From contig CAIYSR010000117.1 of NCBI GenBank assembly GCA_903928895.1, positions 1-32,000 on the forward strand: a stretch of DNA of 32,000 nt, read 5' to 3'. This DNA is from an uncultured Rhodospirillales bacterium. Its GTDB lineage: Bacteria; Pseudomonadota; Alphaproteobacteria; Acetobacterales; Acetobacteraceae. This document shows positions 1 through 9,290 of this stretch, piece by piece. Within the stretch, counting starts at the first letter, position 1. Each line of letters begins with the position of its first letter. The position numbers and the translations under genes were made by a program. The notes beneath the pieces are model-generated. The model saw nothing but the letters and a program-made list of their open reading frames with translations, was not told the origin of the DNA and made no database searches.

Positions 1-104
1 AGCACCGCCTGGTCTGGACGCGGTCGGGCATCTTCGCTGGCGATCTGGGCATCGATCGCGGCATGACGGGTTTTGAGGCTCTCGATCCGGCCTTCGTAGC
101 TCAT
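1..104 (-). CDS. DUF465 (YdcH-like) family small protein, partial at window edge
   Basis: Reverse complement of 104..1 reads MSYEGRIESLKTRHAAIDAQIASEDARPRPDQAV, typical DUF465 N-terminus; TCCTCC (minus-strand GGAGGA) just upstream at 111-116. Confidence 0.75.
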   Translation of the reverse strand, partial: MSYEGRIESLKTRHAAIDAQIASEDARPRPDQAV

Positions 105-272
105 ACGCAGTCCTCCGTTGCCAATTGCGCATCCGGCGGCGCCAAGCTCTCGCATCCAGTCTCGCATGCGGAGCATGTCACCCGTTTGCAAAGAAATCGT
201 AATACGATCGCCAGGGGAAAAGCCATGCGAAACAGCACTGCCTCCCGCGTTGTGACGTGGTAGAGACCTGTC

Positions 273-476
273 ATGCTCAATGATCGTGATGCCATCCTGC
301 GCAAGCTGCACGAGTTGCGAAGCGAGCACCGGGACCTCGACACCGTGATCGTCCGCCTCATCGAGGCCGGGCCGGTGGACCAGTTGCAGTTGCAACGCCT
401 GAAGAAGCGCAAGCTCCTGCTGAAGGACGAGGTCGCCCGGCTCGAATCACGGCTCATTCCCGACAGCATCGCATGA
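273..476 (+). CDS. DUF465 (YdcH-like) family small protein
   Basis: 67 aa [36 protein letters not shown]...[17 protein letters not shown]; coiled-coil DUF465 pattern; ATGA overlap with purE. Confidence 0.85.
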   Translation: MLNDRDAILRKLHELRSEHRDLDTVIVRLIEAGPVDQLQLQRLKKRKLLLKDEVARLESRLIPDSIA

Positions 477-976
477 ACGACCAGCTTCCCCTGGTGGGGA
501 TCATCATGGGCAGCCAGTCCGACTGGCCAACCATGACGCATACCGCCGCCGTGCTTGAGCGGCTGGGCGTGGCGCATGAGCGCCGCATCGTTTCTGCCCA
601 TCGCACGCCGGACCGGCTGGCGGAGTATGCCAAGACGGCGCGCGGGCGCGGGCTGCGGGTGATCATTGCCGGGGCCGGCGGGGCGGCGCATCTGCCCGGG
701 ATGTGCGCGGCTTTCACCTCGCTGCCGGTGCTTGGGGTGCCAGTGGAAAGCCATGCTTTGAAGGGCATGGATTCACTGCTGTCGATCGTGCAGATGCCCG
801 CCGGAGTTCCGGTGGGAACGCTGGCCATCGGGCGGGCCGGCGCGGTCAACGCGGCACTGCTGGCCGCCGCCATCCTGGCCATCAGCGATCCGGCTCTCGC
901 CGAGCGGCTCGACGCGCTGCGGGCCGAGCAGACGGCGGCGGTGGCTGAAGCCCCGGTCGACCTGCCGGCACCATGA
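473..976 (+). CDS. purE: 5-(carboxyamino)imidazole ribonucleotide mutase
   Basis: [36 protein letters not shown] motifs; overlaps purK. Confidence 0.97.
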   Translation: MNDQLPLVGIIMGSQSDWPTMTHTAAVLERLGVAHERRIVSAHRTPDRLAEYAKTARGRGLRVIIAGAGGAAHLPGMCAAFTSLPVLGVPVESHALKGMDSLLSIVQMPAGVPVGTLAIGRAGAVNAALLAAAILAISDPALAERLDALRAEQTAAVAEAPVDLPAP

Positions 977-2133
977 GCGGGACCGTCTTTCCCCTGCCGC
1001 CGGATGCCACGATCGGGATCGTCGGCGGCGGGCAGTTGGGCCGCATGTCGGCGTTGGCTGCGGCGCGGCTGGGTTATCGCTGCCATATCCTGAGCCCGGA
1101 GGCAGACTGCCCGGCGGCACGCGTGTCGGCGGGCCATACGTGCGGCGACTACGAGGATCGCGCCGCATTGGAGGAATTCGCCTCGAAAGTCGATGTCATC
1201 ACCTTCGAGTTCGAGAATGTCAGCGCCGCGGGGCTCGAACTGTTGGCAGCGCGCAAGCCGGTGCGGCCCGGGGTCGCGATCCTGAGGATCAGCCAGGACC
1301 GGGTAGCCGAAAAAGCATTTCTCAACGGCATCGGCATCCCCACGGCGCCATGGCGCTTGGTGGAGTCGTTGGCGGAGTTGCAGGAGGCCTCCGATGCGGT
1401 CGGGCTGCCCGCCATCCTGAAGACGACACGGCTCGGCTATGACGGCAAGGGGCAGGCCATGCTGCGCAACGCCGGAGACCTCGGACCTGGGTTCAAGCGA
1501 TTGGTGCCCAAACCGCTGGTGCTCGAGGGGTTTGTCGACTTCTCATGTGAAATCAGCGTCCTCGTGGCGCGTGGAGCGGACGGGTCGATCGCATGTTTCG
1601 ATCCGGTCGAGAACCGCCACCGCGATCACATCCTCGATCTGACGCTCGCTCCGGCACGGATCCCGACGCCGACGGCAGCAACCGCGAAGCGTATTGCGCA
1701 TGATGTGGCGGAGGGGCTCGGGCTCGTTGGCCTGTTGGCGGTCGAGATGTTCGTGACCGCGGACAACCGCGTGCTGGTCAACGAGATCGCGCCCAGGCCG
1801 CATAATTCAGGGCACTGGACCATTGACGCCTGCCCGGCGAGCCAGTTCGAACTTCATATCCGCGCCGTGGCCGGGCTACCGCTGCCGGCCGCGCAGCGAC
1901 ATTCGGACGCGGTGATGAAGAACCTCGTCGGACCCGACGAAATCGGCATGTGGCCCAAGATTCTCGCCACCCCCGGGCTGATCCCGCACCACTACGGCAA
2001 GACCGAAGCGCGGCACGGCCGCAAGCTCGGCCATGTGACCCGCCTGTTCCCGCGCGATGCGCTGCCCGGACCTTTCGGCATTGCGGCGGCACTCGGGTCA
2101 CTCGCGCCGCCGGGGGATGGGAGCACATTGTAG
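973..2133 (+). CDS. purK: 5-(carboxyamino)imidazole ribonucleotide synthase
   Basis: [22 protein letters not shown]-terminus, ATP-grasp core ([31 protein letters not shown]). Confidence 0.97.
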   Translation: MSGTVFPLPPDATIGIVGGGQLGRMSALAAARLGYRCHILSPEADCPAARVSAGHTCGDYEDRAALEEFASKVDVITFEFENVSAAGLELLAARKPVRPGVAILRISQDRVAEKAFLNGIGIPTAPWRLVESLAELQEASDAVGLPAILKTTRLGYDGKGQAMLRNAGDLGPGFKRLVPKPLVLEGFVDFSCEISVLVARGADGSIACFDPVENRHRDHILDLTLAPARIPTPTAATAKRIAHDVAEGLGLVGLLAVEMFVTADNRVLVNEIAPRPHNSGHWTIDACPASQFELHIRAVAGLPLPAAQRHSDAVMKNLVGPDEIGMWPKILATPGLIPHHYGKTEARHGRKLGHVTRLFPRDALPGPFGIAAALGSLAPPGDGSTL

Positions 2134-2165
2134 ATAGCGCTCCTCCTCTCTTCAACCACGACGTC

Positions 2166-2717
2166 CTATTTGCTGCGGGCAACGGCGGCGACGCAGCGTT
2201 CGAAAACCGACAGGTCGCGCCAGCGGTCAACTTCTCCGGTGAAAATCGCGCCGCCGGCGGCGAGCATGGCCCCGTCGATCATCAGGTTGTCGGTCAAACC
2301 GAAATGCTCCAGCAGCATGCCATCGCGGTCGCGCCACTGGTCCACCCCGGAAGGCTCCGCGCCGAACGCGGCGCCGCTGCGGGTGAAGAAGTCAGCGGCA
2401 ACATTGCTCCAACCCCAGACCGGCCGCCCGAGGGCGCGCATGTAGCCGATCTCGAAAATCGTCCCAGCGTCGGCGCTTGGTCCGCGAAATGGGGTGAGGT
2501 TGGCGATCAGTACGTCACAGGCGCGGATATGTGCTTCATTGCAGAGAGCGATGAAGCGAGGAAGCGGCAGGGCCCGCCACGCGTCGGGCACGGCGTCGGG
2601 CGTATCTAGTGGGGAGACGCCGACCAGGCCGTGGCGGCTACAGACGGATTTGAGCGCGGCGGCACGCGCCAAAGGGTCCGGCAGGAAGACGTCGGGCCCC
2701 GCAAGATAGACGCGCAT
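2166..2717 (-). CDS. nucleoside 2-deoxyribosyltransferase family protein
   Basis: MRVYLAGPDVFLPD...CDVLIANLTPFRGPSADAGTIFEIGYMRALGRPV; start ATG at 2717 chosen over the 2822 ORF start because homology begins there. Confidence 0.85.
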   Translation of the reverse strand: MRVYLAGPDVFLPDPLARAAALKSVCSRHGLVGVSPLDTPDAVPDAWRALPLPRFIALCNEAHIRACDVLIANLTPFRGPSADAGTIFEIGYMRALGRPVWGWSNVAADFFTRSGAAFGAEPSGVDQWRDRDGMLLEHFGLTDNLMIDGAMLAAGGAIFTGEVDRWRDLSVFERCVAAVARSK

Positions 2718-2721
2718 AGAC

Positions 2722-4857
2722 TCAGCCCGCGCGCATGATGGCGCGCAATGCGGTCGCGCCCGTGTCGAGCGTGCCAGCTGCCCCCCCGGCGAGCCGTGCC
2801 GCGGCTTCAAAATCACCAGCATCGGCGGCGCGCATCAGGTCCCGCATGAGGTCCTCGAACTGGGCGAGGCCGTAGCTGCCGGCCATGCCGGCCAATGCGT
2901 GGGCGGCGGCGTGTACTGTGCCTGGGTTATCGGTCACCGCCCGCGCCAGGCCAGGCAGGCGTTCGATCATGTCGGCGATGCACTGTTCCATCAGGCGTGC
3001 GAACATGCCGGGCGCAAGCCCGTCGCGCAGGGCGGCGACACGGGCACCGTCGAGCACACCGGCGGCGGCGAGCCCAGCCGGCTCGACGCGGCCATGCTCG
3101 TGCAACCACGGCATGACGAAGCGGCGCAACATGGCGTTCAGATCGTCAGGCATCACTGGCTTGAGCAGCACGGCATCCATCGCCGCATCGATGCCCTCCT
3201 TGCGGTCGTCCGACGTACTGGTCCCCGTGAGCGCGACCACCGGCACCCGGCCGGCCGCCCCGGGCAGGCGGCGGATTCGCCGCGTGGTCTCGATGCCATC
3301 GATACCCGGCATATGAACGTCCATCAGGATCAGGTCATAAAGCCGTGTGCCGGCAAGCTCGAGGGCAACGAAGCCGTTCTCGGCGAGGTCGACGCGATGG
3401 CCGTCACGACGGAGCAGGGCGGCGGTCAGCTCACGGTTCGAGGCGACGTCCTCGACGAGTAGGATCGACGAGCGGCGGGTGCGGCGGCGAGCGACGGACG
3501 CGGGGCAGAGCGCCGCCGAGCCATGCGCGAGATCGAGCGGGAGGGACAGCCAGAAGGCGTTGCCGCCCGCCTCGCGGGCAAGCCCCATTTCGCCGCCCAT
3601 CACGCTGGCGAGGCGGGCACAGATCGCGAGGCCGAGGCCGGTCCCCTTCTCGCGGCCCTGCTCGGCCTGCTCGAGCCGCGTGAACGGTTGGAACAGGGTG
3701 GCGGCCTGGGCCGGCGGGATGACCGGGCCCGGATCGGCGACGGTCAGCCGGAGGGTCCGCCCAGCAGCGGTTGCGCGGACCGCCAACACGCCCGGCGAAG
3801 CATATTTCACCGCGTTGCTGATCAGATTGGTCATAACCTGGCGGATCCGCCCCGCATCGCCATGCAGGGTGTCAGGCACACCGGCATCGATCACCGTCAG
3901 CAACATCAGCCCTTTCTCGGCGGCCGGCGCGCGGAACATCTCGCAGATCTCGCCGAGCAGGAGCGGCAGTTCGAAGTCGGTCGTGCGCAGCACGAGGCGG
4001 CCGGCGTCAAGACGGGAGAGGTCGAGAATATCCGTGACCAGATCGTGCAAGCCGCTGCCTGCCCGGCGCGCGGTCGCAACGAGGGCGCGGGCCTGGGGTG
4101 GCAACTGATCGTCGTCGAGCAGATTGAGGCTGTTCATCACCGCATCAAGTGGGACGCGCAGTTCGTGGCTGACGATGGTAACGAACTGCTGACGTTGGCG
4201 CACGGCCTCGGCGGCGGAGGCGGCAGCGGCACGCTCGGCGGCCTCCGCCTGCTTGCGGGCGGTGATATCGGTGTAGAGGGTCACGAAGCCACCATTGGGC
4301 AGGGTGGTGCGGCGGATCTCGATGACCCGGCCGTCGGGCCGGGTGCGCTCGGTTATGGCGAGATCACGAATAGTGCCGATGCGGATCAGCCGTTCGGCGA
4401 CAACGGCCTCGACCTCCGCGCTCCCGTTGAGTCGGCCGAATTCGCCGGCCTCGGCCTGGGCGCGCAGGATATCGGCCATCGGCGTGCCAACCGTCATAAC
4501 GTGCGCGGGCACCCCGACGAGTTCGGAGAAGCGCGCGTTCCACTGCACGAGGCGGGAGTCGGCGTCCAACATCATCACGCCGTCGGACATGCCCGCGAGC
4601 GTGGCGCGAAGCTGGTCCGCCTGGCCCTCGGCGCGCAACTTATCCGCTTCGAGCGCAGCACAGGAGGCTCGCAGGTCAGCGGTGTTCGCGCGCAGCGCCA
4701 CTTCGGAAGCGCGGCACCGGCGAAGCGCCCGCAGGGGGAACATCGCGCCCGCAACGAGGCCCAAAAGGCCAAATGCCAGCGCCAAAAGCGTTCCGTCCAC
4801 CCCGTCCTCGTGCCTGAAGATAACACGGTTATACCGGCCGCACGGCTCCAGCGCCAC
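2722..4857 (-). CDS. PAS-domain hybrid sensor histidine kinase with receiver and Hpt domains
   Basis: N-terminal TM, PAS, HisKA (IVSHELRVPL), HATPase (NLISNAVKY, GTGLGLAI), REC (ILLVEDVASNRE...LILMDVHMPGIDG...LKP), Hpt-like HALAGMAGSYG. Exact start uncertain. Confidence 0.9.
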   Translation of the reverse strand: MALEPCGRYNRVIFRHEDGVDGTLLALAFGLLGLVAGAMFPLRALRRCRASEVALRANTADLRASCAALEADKLRAEGQADQLRATLAGMSDGVMMLDADSRLVQWNARFSELVGVPAHVMTVGTPMADILRAQAEAGEFGRLNGSAEVEAVVAERLIRIGTIRDLAITERTRPDGRVIEIRRTTLPNGGFVTLYTDITARKQAEAAERAAAASAAEAVRQRQQFVTIVSHELRVPLDAVMNSLNLLDDDQLPPQARALVATARRAGSGLHDLVTDILDLSRLDAGRLVLRTTDFELPLLLGEICEMFRAPAAEKGLMLLTVIDAGVPDTLHGDAGRIRQVMTNLISNAVKYASPGVLAVRATAAGRTLRLTVADPGPVIPPAQAATLFQPFTRLEQAEQGREKGTGLGLAICARLASVMGGEMGLAREAGGNAFWLSLPLDLAHGSAALCPASVARRRTRRSSILLVEDVASNRELTAALLRRDGHRVDLAENGFVALELAGTRLYDLILMDVHMPGIDGIETTRRIRRLPGAAGRVPVVALTGTSTSDDRKEGIDAAMDAVLLKPVMPDDLNAMLRRFVMPWLHEHGRVEPAGLAAAGVLDGARVAALRDGLAPGMFARLMEQCIADMIERLPGLARAVTDNPGTVHAAAHALAGMAGSYGLAQFEDLMRDLMRAADAGDFEAAARLAGGAAGTLDTGATALRAIMRAG

Positions 4858-4900
4858 GGCAAAGCGTCATCGCGATCAACACATTAAGAGGATTCGAGGA

Positions 4901-5587
4901 TCAGGCCGCGGCGGGCAGGTCGATCCATGACAAATGCCCCCCCTTCCCCGCCCCGGTATCGACGAACACCGCCCGTCCACCGGCCCGCCCGGCCGTGATC
5001 CAAGGACGGCCATCGGTGCTGCGGCAGTCATGCCCGCAATAAACCGTGAGGCCAGCCGGGATACGATCCACCCAGGCGAGGCTGCGTTCGGGAAAACCAT
5101 CGGCCTGTCGACGGCCGGTGGCTTCGCCATAGAGGGCGCGTCCGAGGACCCCCTCGGCGCGACCCAGAACAATGGACGGCGGCGGCTGGTCGAGCATCGC
5201 GGTATGGAAGCCGCCGTGAACGAAGAGCGCATCGTCACGGCGCAACCAGGCGGGTGCGCGAGTGATCTCGGCAAGCGCGCGCTCGGCCAGGTCGTCGTCC
5301 AGACGGTCAAGTGTGAGGGCAAGGGCGGGGCCGATCGCAACCTTTCCGCCGGACAGCGCGCGGGCCAGTTTGAAATCGTGGTTGCCGAGCACGAACAGCC
5401 CGCGCCTGGCGTCGATCAGGTCGAACATCAACTGGAGTACGCCGGCACTGTCGGGGCCGTGATCGACGAGGTCGCCGAGTTGGACGATGAAATGCTCGCC
5501 CGAGGCGGCGGCGCGGAAACCCGACAAATCGCCATGCACGTCGCCGACCACCCGGATCGGACGGTCGGACGGAATCGTCGTTCTCAC
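4901..5587 (-). CDS. metallophosphoesterase, serine/threonine-phosphatase-like
   Basis: Motifs GDVHGD, GDLVDHGPDS, GNHDFK, VHGGFH, CGHD. GTG at 5587 overlaps the cfa stop as GTGA; the longer ATG start at 5671 is possible. Confidence 0.85.
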   Translation of the reverse strand: MRTTIPSDRPIRVVGDVHGDLSGFRAAASGEHFIVQLGDLVDHGPDSAGVLQLMFDLIDARRGLFVLGNHDFKLARALSGGKVAIGPALALTLDRLDDDLAERALAEITRAPAWLRRDDALFVHGGFHTAMLDQPPPSIVLGRAEGVLGRALYGEATGRRQADGFPERSLAWVDRIPAGLTVYCGHDCRSTDGRPWITAGRAGGRAVFVDTGAGKGGHLSWIDLPAAA

Positions 5588-6948
5588 CGGTTGGGGGCGA
5601 TCAGGATTTGTCCAACGTCGGTCCACCCGGCGCGGAAACCGACCTCGCAATAGGCGAGGTAGTATTCCCACAACCGCTTGAAGCGATCATCGCAGGGCCG
5701 GCGGCGGACGGTGTTGTCCGCGATGATGCGGGGCCAGGCCCGCTGGAACGTTTCCTGCCAGCGCGCGAGGGTTTCGGCATAGTCCTGCCCGAACCAGTGT
5801 TCCTCGCCCCAGGCCAGCCCCGCCCGGCTGATGGTGGTGCGCAGCAGGCGCTTGGAAGGCAGCATGCCGCCGGGGAAGACGTGGCGCTGGATGAAGTCGG
5901 CGCCGCGGCGGTAGTTCTCGAAGAAGCGGTCGGCGATGGTTATGACCTGGATGCCCGCAATCCCGTTCTGCCGCAGCCGGGCACGGATGACCTTGAAGTA
6001 GATCGGCCAGTATTTCTCGCCCACGGCCTCGAACATCTCGATCGAGGCGATGCGGTCGAATGTACCCTCGACGTCGCGGTAGTCTTGCAGGCGCAATTCG
6101 ACCCGATCCGCCAGACCGGAAGCCTGCATCCGGGCGGTGGCGAAGTCGAGCTGCGCGGGCGACAGCGTCAGGCCGACGACATTGCAGCCATAGTCGCGGG
6201 CGGCCACCTCGGCAAAACCGCCCCAGCCGCAGCCGATCTCGAGCACGCGCATCCCGGGCGCAAGGCGCAGAAGCTGGCAGAGCCGGTGGATTTTCTGGAG
6301 CTGCGCCTTTTCCAGCGGCACTTCGAGGTTGTCGCCGAAAAACGCGGACGAATAGGTCATCGTCCGGTCGAGCCAACTCCGGTAGAAGTCGTTGCCAAGA
6401 TCGTAGTGCTCCTCGATGTTGCGTCTGGCGCCGCGCCTGCTGTTGGGGCGCAGGACGTGGAGCAGCTTGGCGACGACGCCCGCTATGCGACGTTTATAGA
6501 GGGCACCCTCCCATTCGGCCTCGTTGCGGGTCGCGAGCAGCATGACCGCACGCAGGTCAGGGCTCTCCCAGAGGTCGTCGAGATAGGCTTCCGAGAGGCC
6601 GAGCGTGCCGCCCGTGGCGAGCCGGGTGACGGCGCGCGGATGTTTGATGACGATCCGGGCAAAGGGCTCGGGCGAGGCGATGGCGCGATGGACCGAGCCG
6701 TCCGGCAGCACCATTTCGAGTGTGCCAATCCGCAGCTGCCGTGCCATGCGCAGGAGAAAACGAAGCCGGCGGTCGCGCGGCTGCGGGCCATCGTGCTCGA
6801 AGGAGACGTTTGGTGATTCCGGCTCGCGCACGAATGCGTCGGGCACGTCTGCGTCCCGCACATTTGTGTCTGGCACGTTTGTGTCTGGCACGTTCTCCGG
6901 CCTCCCCTGCTCTGGCGCGCGGTGGTTTATGACGGGAATGTTAATCAC
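5584..6948 (-). CDS. cfa: cyclopropane-fatty-acyl-phospholipid synthase
   Basis: EHYDLGNDFYRSWLDRTMTYSSAFF, VLEIGCGWGGFAE, GLTLSPAQLDFA, FIQRHVFPGGMLPS, LAYCEVGFRAGW. GTG start at 6948 overlaps phr stop; ORF track extends artefactually to 7263. Confidence 0.92.
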   Translation of the reverse strand: MINIPVINHRAPEQGRPENVPDTNVPDTNVRDADVPDAFVREPESPNVSFEHDGPQPRDRRLRFLLRMARQLRIGTLEMVLPDGSVHRAIASPEPFARIVIKHPRAVTRLATGGTLGLSEAYLDDLWESPDLRAVMLLATRNEAEWEGALYKRRIAGVVAKLLHVLRPNSRRGARRNIEEHYDLGNDFYRSWLDRTMTYSSAFFGDNLEVPLEKAQLQKIHRLCQLLRLAPGMRVLEIGCGWGGFAEVAARDYGCNVVGLTLSPAQLDFATARMQASGLADRVELRLQDYRDVEGTFDRIASIEMFEAVGEKYWPIYFKVIRARLRQNGIAGIQVITIADRFFENYRRGADFIQRHVFPGGMLPSKRLLRTTISRAGLAWGEEHWFGQDYAETLARWQETFQRAWPRIIADNTVRRRPCDDRFKRLWEYYLAYCEVGFRAGWTDVGQILIAPNR

Positions 6949-8353
6949 TGCCGGGGTTGGACTCCAAGCCCTTCGCCGAAACCGATGCGAAGGCGGCGAG
7001 CGCGCGGGCCCGGCCTGCGGCAAGGTCAACGATGGGGGCGGGGTAGAAACGGGGGCGGAGCATTGGCGGTGCCTCCCACGGACAATGCACCAGGGCATCC
7101 GGCAGGGCAGCCACCTCGGGCACATAAGCGCGGACATAGGCGCCGTCGGGGTCGAACTTCCGGCCCTGCAGGACCGGGTTGAACACACGGAAATAGGGGG
7201 CGGCATCGGCACCGCAGCCGGCGACCCACTGCCACGAGGCAGCGTTGGACGCGAGGTCGGCATCGACCAGAGTGTCCCAGAACCACGCCTGACCGTCCTG
7301 CCAGGGGAGCAGGAGGTGCTTCACCAGGAAACTCGCGACGATCATGCGCACCCTGTTGTGCATCCAGCCGGTGCGCCAGAGCTGGCGCATCCCGGCATCG
7401 ACGATGGGCACCCCGGTGCGTCCCTGCTGCCAGGCGCGCAGGGCGACGGGATCGGTGCGCCAGGGCATGGCGGCAAAATTTGCGCGGAGCGGGGCCTCGG
7501 GCAGCGACTGCCGGTGCCATAGCAGATGGGCCGCGAACTCGCGCCAGAGCAACTCGCTGCGGAATTTGGGATCGGCGGCGCGCCACGCCTGGCGCGGCGA
7601 GATTTCGCCGAACGCAAGCCAGGGGGAGAGCATTGAGGTGCCGTCCACGCCGGGGAGGTCGCGCCGTTGGGCATAGCCGCCAAGGCGAGATGCGACAAAC
7701 TCTCCAAAGCGTGCGATCGCGCCGGCCTCGCCGGGGCTCCAGGCCGCCCGCAGGCCGCCCGCCCAGTCCGGGCGGGTGGGGAGGAGGCGCAAGTCGTCGA
7801 GCCGGTCGGAGGCAACATGCATGCCCTCGATACGCGCCGGCGCCGGCTCTGGATCGGATATTTCACCGCTGGCGTGGCAAGCCTTCGCGAACGGCGTGAA
7901 AACCGTAAAAGCGCCGCCCGCCGTCGTGCGGATGGCATCGGGGCGATGCAGCAGAGTGGTGAGATGAACTTTGAGCGGGACTGTGAGGCGAGCTCGCACC
8001 GCACCCAGGGCGGCACGCGCCCAAGGTTCCGTGGGCAGGCCTGCATGCACCGCCACCGCGCCGGTCTCGGCGACCAGGGCCGGGACGGCATCCTCATAGC
8101 GGCCGCGCCGCAGGGTCAGCGCACCGCCGCGGGCGGCGAGATCGGCCGCGAGGGAGGCAAGGCTATAATGGAGCCACCAGCGCGACGCGCCGCCGGCGCT
8201 CCAAAGGCCAGGGGAGGTATCGTCCAACACGTAAACAACGATCACCGGCCGGCCGGTCGCCACGGCGGCAAGGATGGCAGAATTGTCGGCCAGACGCAGG
8301 TCGCGGCGCAACCAGACCAGCACCGGAGCGGCGGGAGGGGGGGAGAGGGGCAT
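6941..8353 (-). CDS. phr: deoxyribodipyrimidine photolyase / cryptochrome family
   Basis: [16 protein letters not shown] N-terminus; FAD-domain [54 protein letters not shown], NWQW-like [35 protein letters not shown]. Confidence 0.96.
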   Translation of the reverse strand: [470 protein letters not shown]

Positions 8354-8402
8354 TTCCCTCAGATGCGGTGCCGCCGCCGGTTTGAAAGGGCCTGGGCCTG
8401 CC

Positions 8403-9101
8403 TCAGCAGGTCAAGCGGCGGCGGCGCAGTATCATCGCGGCGAGGCCGGCCGCCATGAGCGCGAGCGAGCCGGGCTCTGGCACGTCGGTGCCGACCTGCA
8501 CGCTCCCGCTGCGGAAATTGAACGAGAGGCTTTCCGGACCGGAGCTCACCAGGCTGATATCACCGCGACTGACCGAGGTATCCATCTGGCCGCTGGTCAG
8601 GGAGAACGCCAGTGCCGGCGCCGCGCCGGGGGCTGCGGTGATGAAATCGGTGGTGGAGGAAACGAATTTCAGGGTCGAACCATCCATTCCGATATTGCTG
8701 ACCGGATCATCTGAAACAGCGGTGAATTGGTCGGTGGTGGCCACTGCGAGGGGGCCGTAGATCACGAACCCACCGACCAGCGGTGCTGCATTGCCATGGA
8801 ACGTCAGTGTATTGCCGCCGGCCACCGTCTCGGTGATCGTGATTGCACCGTTGTAGCATCCCTCACCCGGGATGATCGTGCAGGTGGTGCTGGAGAATGT
8901 CGCGGGATCGTAGCTGAACGTGCCGGTGATGGCGGTGCCGGACAGGTCAACAGCGCCGAGGCCAAAATAATTATAGGTGTCCACGCCGCCATCCATGGTG
9001 CCCGTGAAGGTTCCGTTGATGACCTGGGCGCGACCATCGGCGGTGCCGAGGGCGCAGAGGGTTGCGATGGTGACGGCGGCTAGGCGAGAAAATGGGCGCA
9101 T
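8403..9101 (-). CDS. PEP-CTERM sorting-domain secreted protein
   Basis: N-terminal signal peptide-like MRPFSRLAAVTIATLCALGTADGRA and C-terminal VPEPGSLALMAAGLAAMILRRRRLTC; ATG at 9101. Confidence 0.9.
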   Translation of the reverse strand: MRPFSRLAAVTIATLCALGTADGRAQVINGTFTGTMDGGVDTYNYFGLGAVDLSGTAITGTFSYDPATFSSTTCTIIPGEGCYNGAITITETVAGGNTLTFHGNAAPLVGGFVIYGPLAVATTDQFTAVSDDPVSNIGMDGSTLKFVSSTTDFITAAPGAAPALAFSLTSGQMDTSVSRGDISLVSSGPESLSFNFRSGSVQVGTDVPEPGSLALMAAGLAAMILRRRRLTC

Positions 9102-9290
9102 GGGATGGCTCCTTGGGACGATCTCTCTCCGGGGATCACGGCCGTTCCCGAAGCAGTGCAATAATCATGCCGATAGAAAAAACGGCCTGATTTCAATCTC
9201 CCCTCTTGGGCCCTTCGGTCCCACTGTAAAATTTCCTGACAGCGCACCCCCGAAAGGACCGGGCATGCGCCCGATCTATCACGGCTCGCC

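Noticed and set aside
7020-7263. Cfa ORF extending upstream to 7263
   Set aside because: This part lies inside phr in another frame and is Pro/Ser/Arg-rich; the GTG at 6948 is more reasonable.
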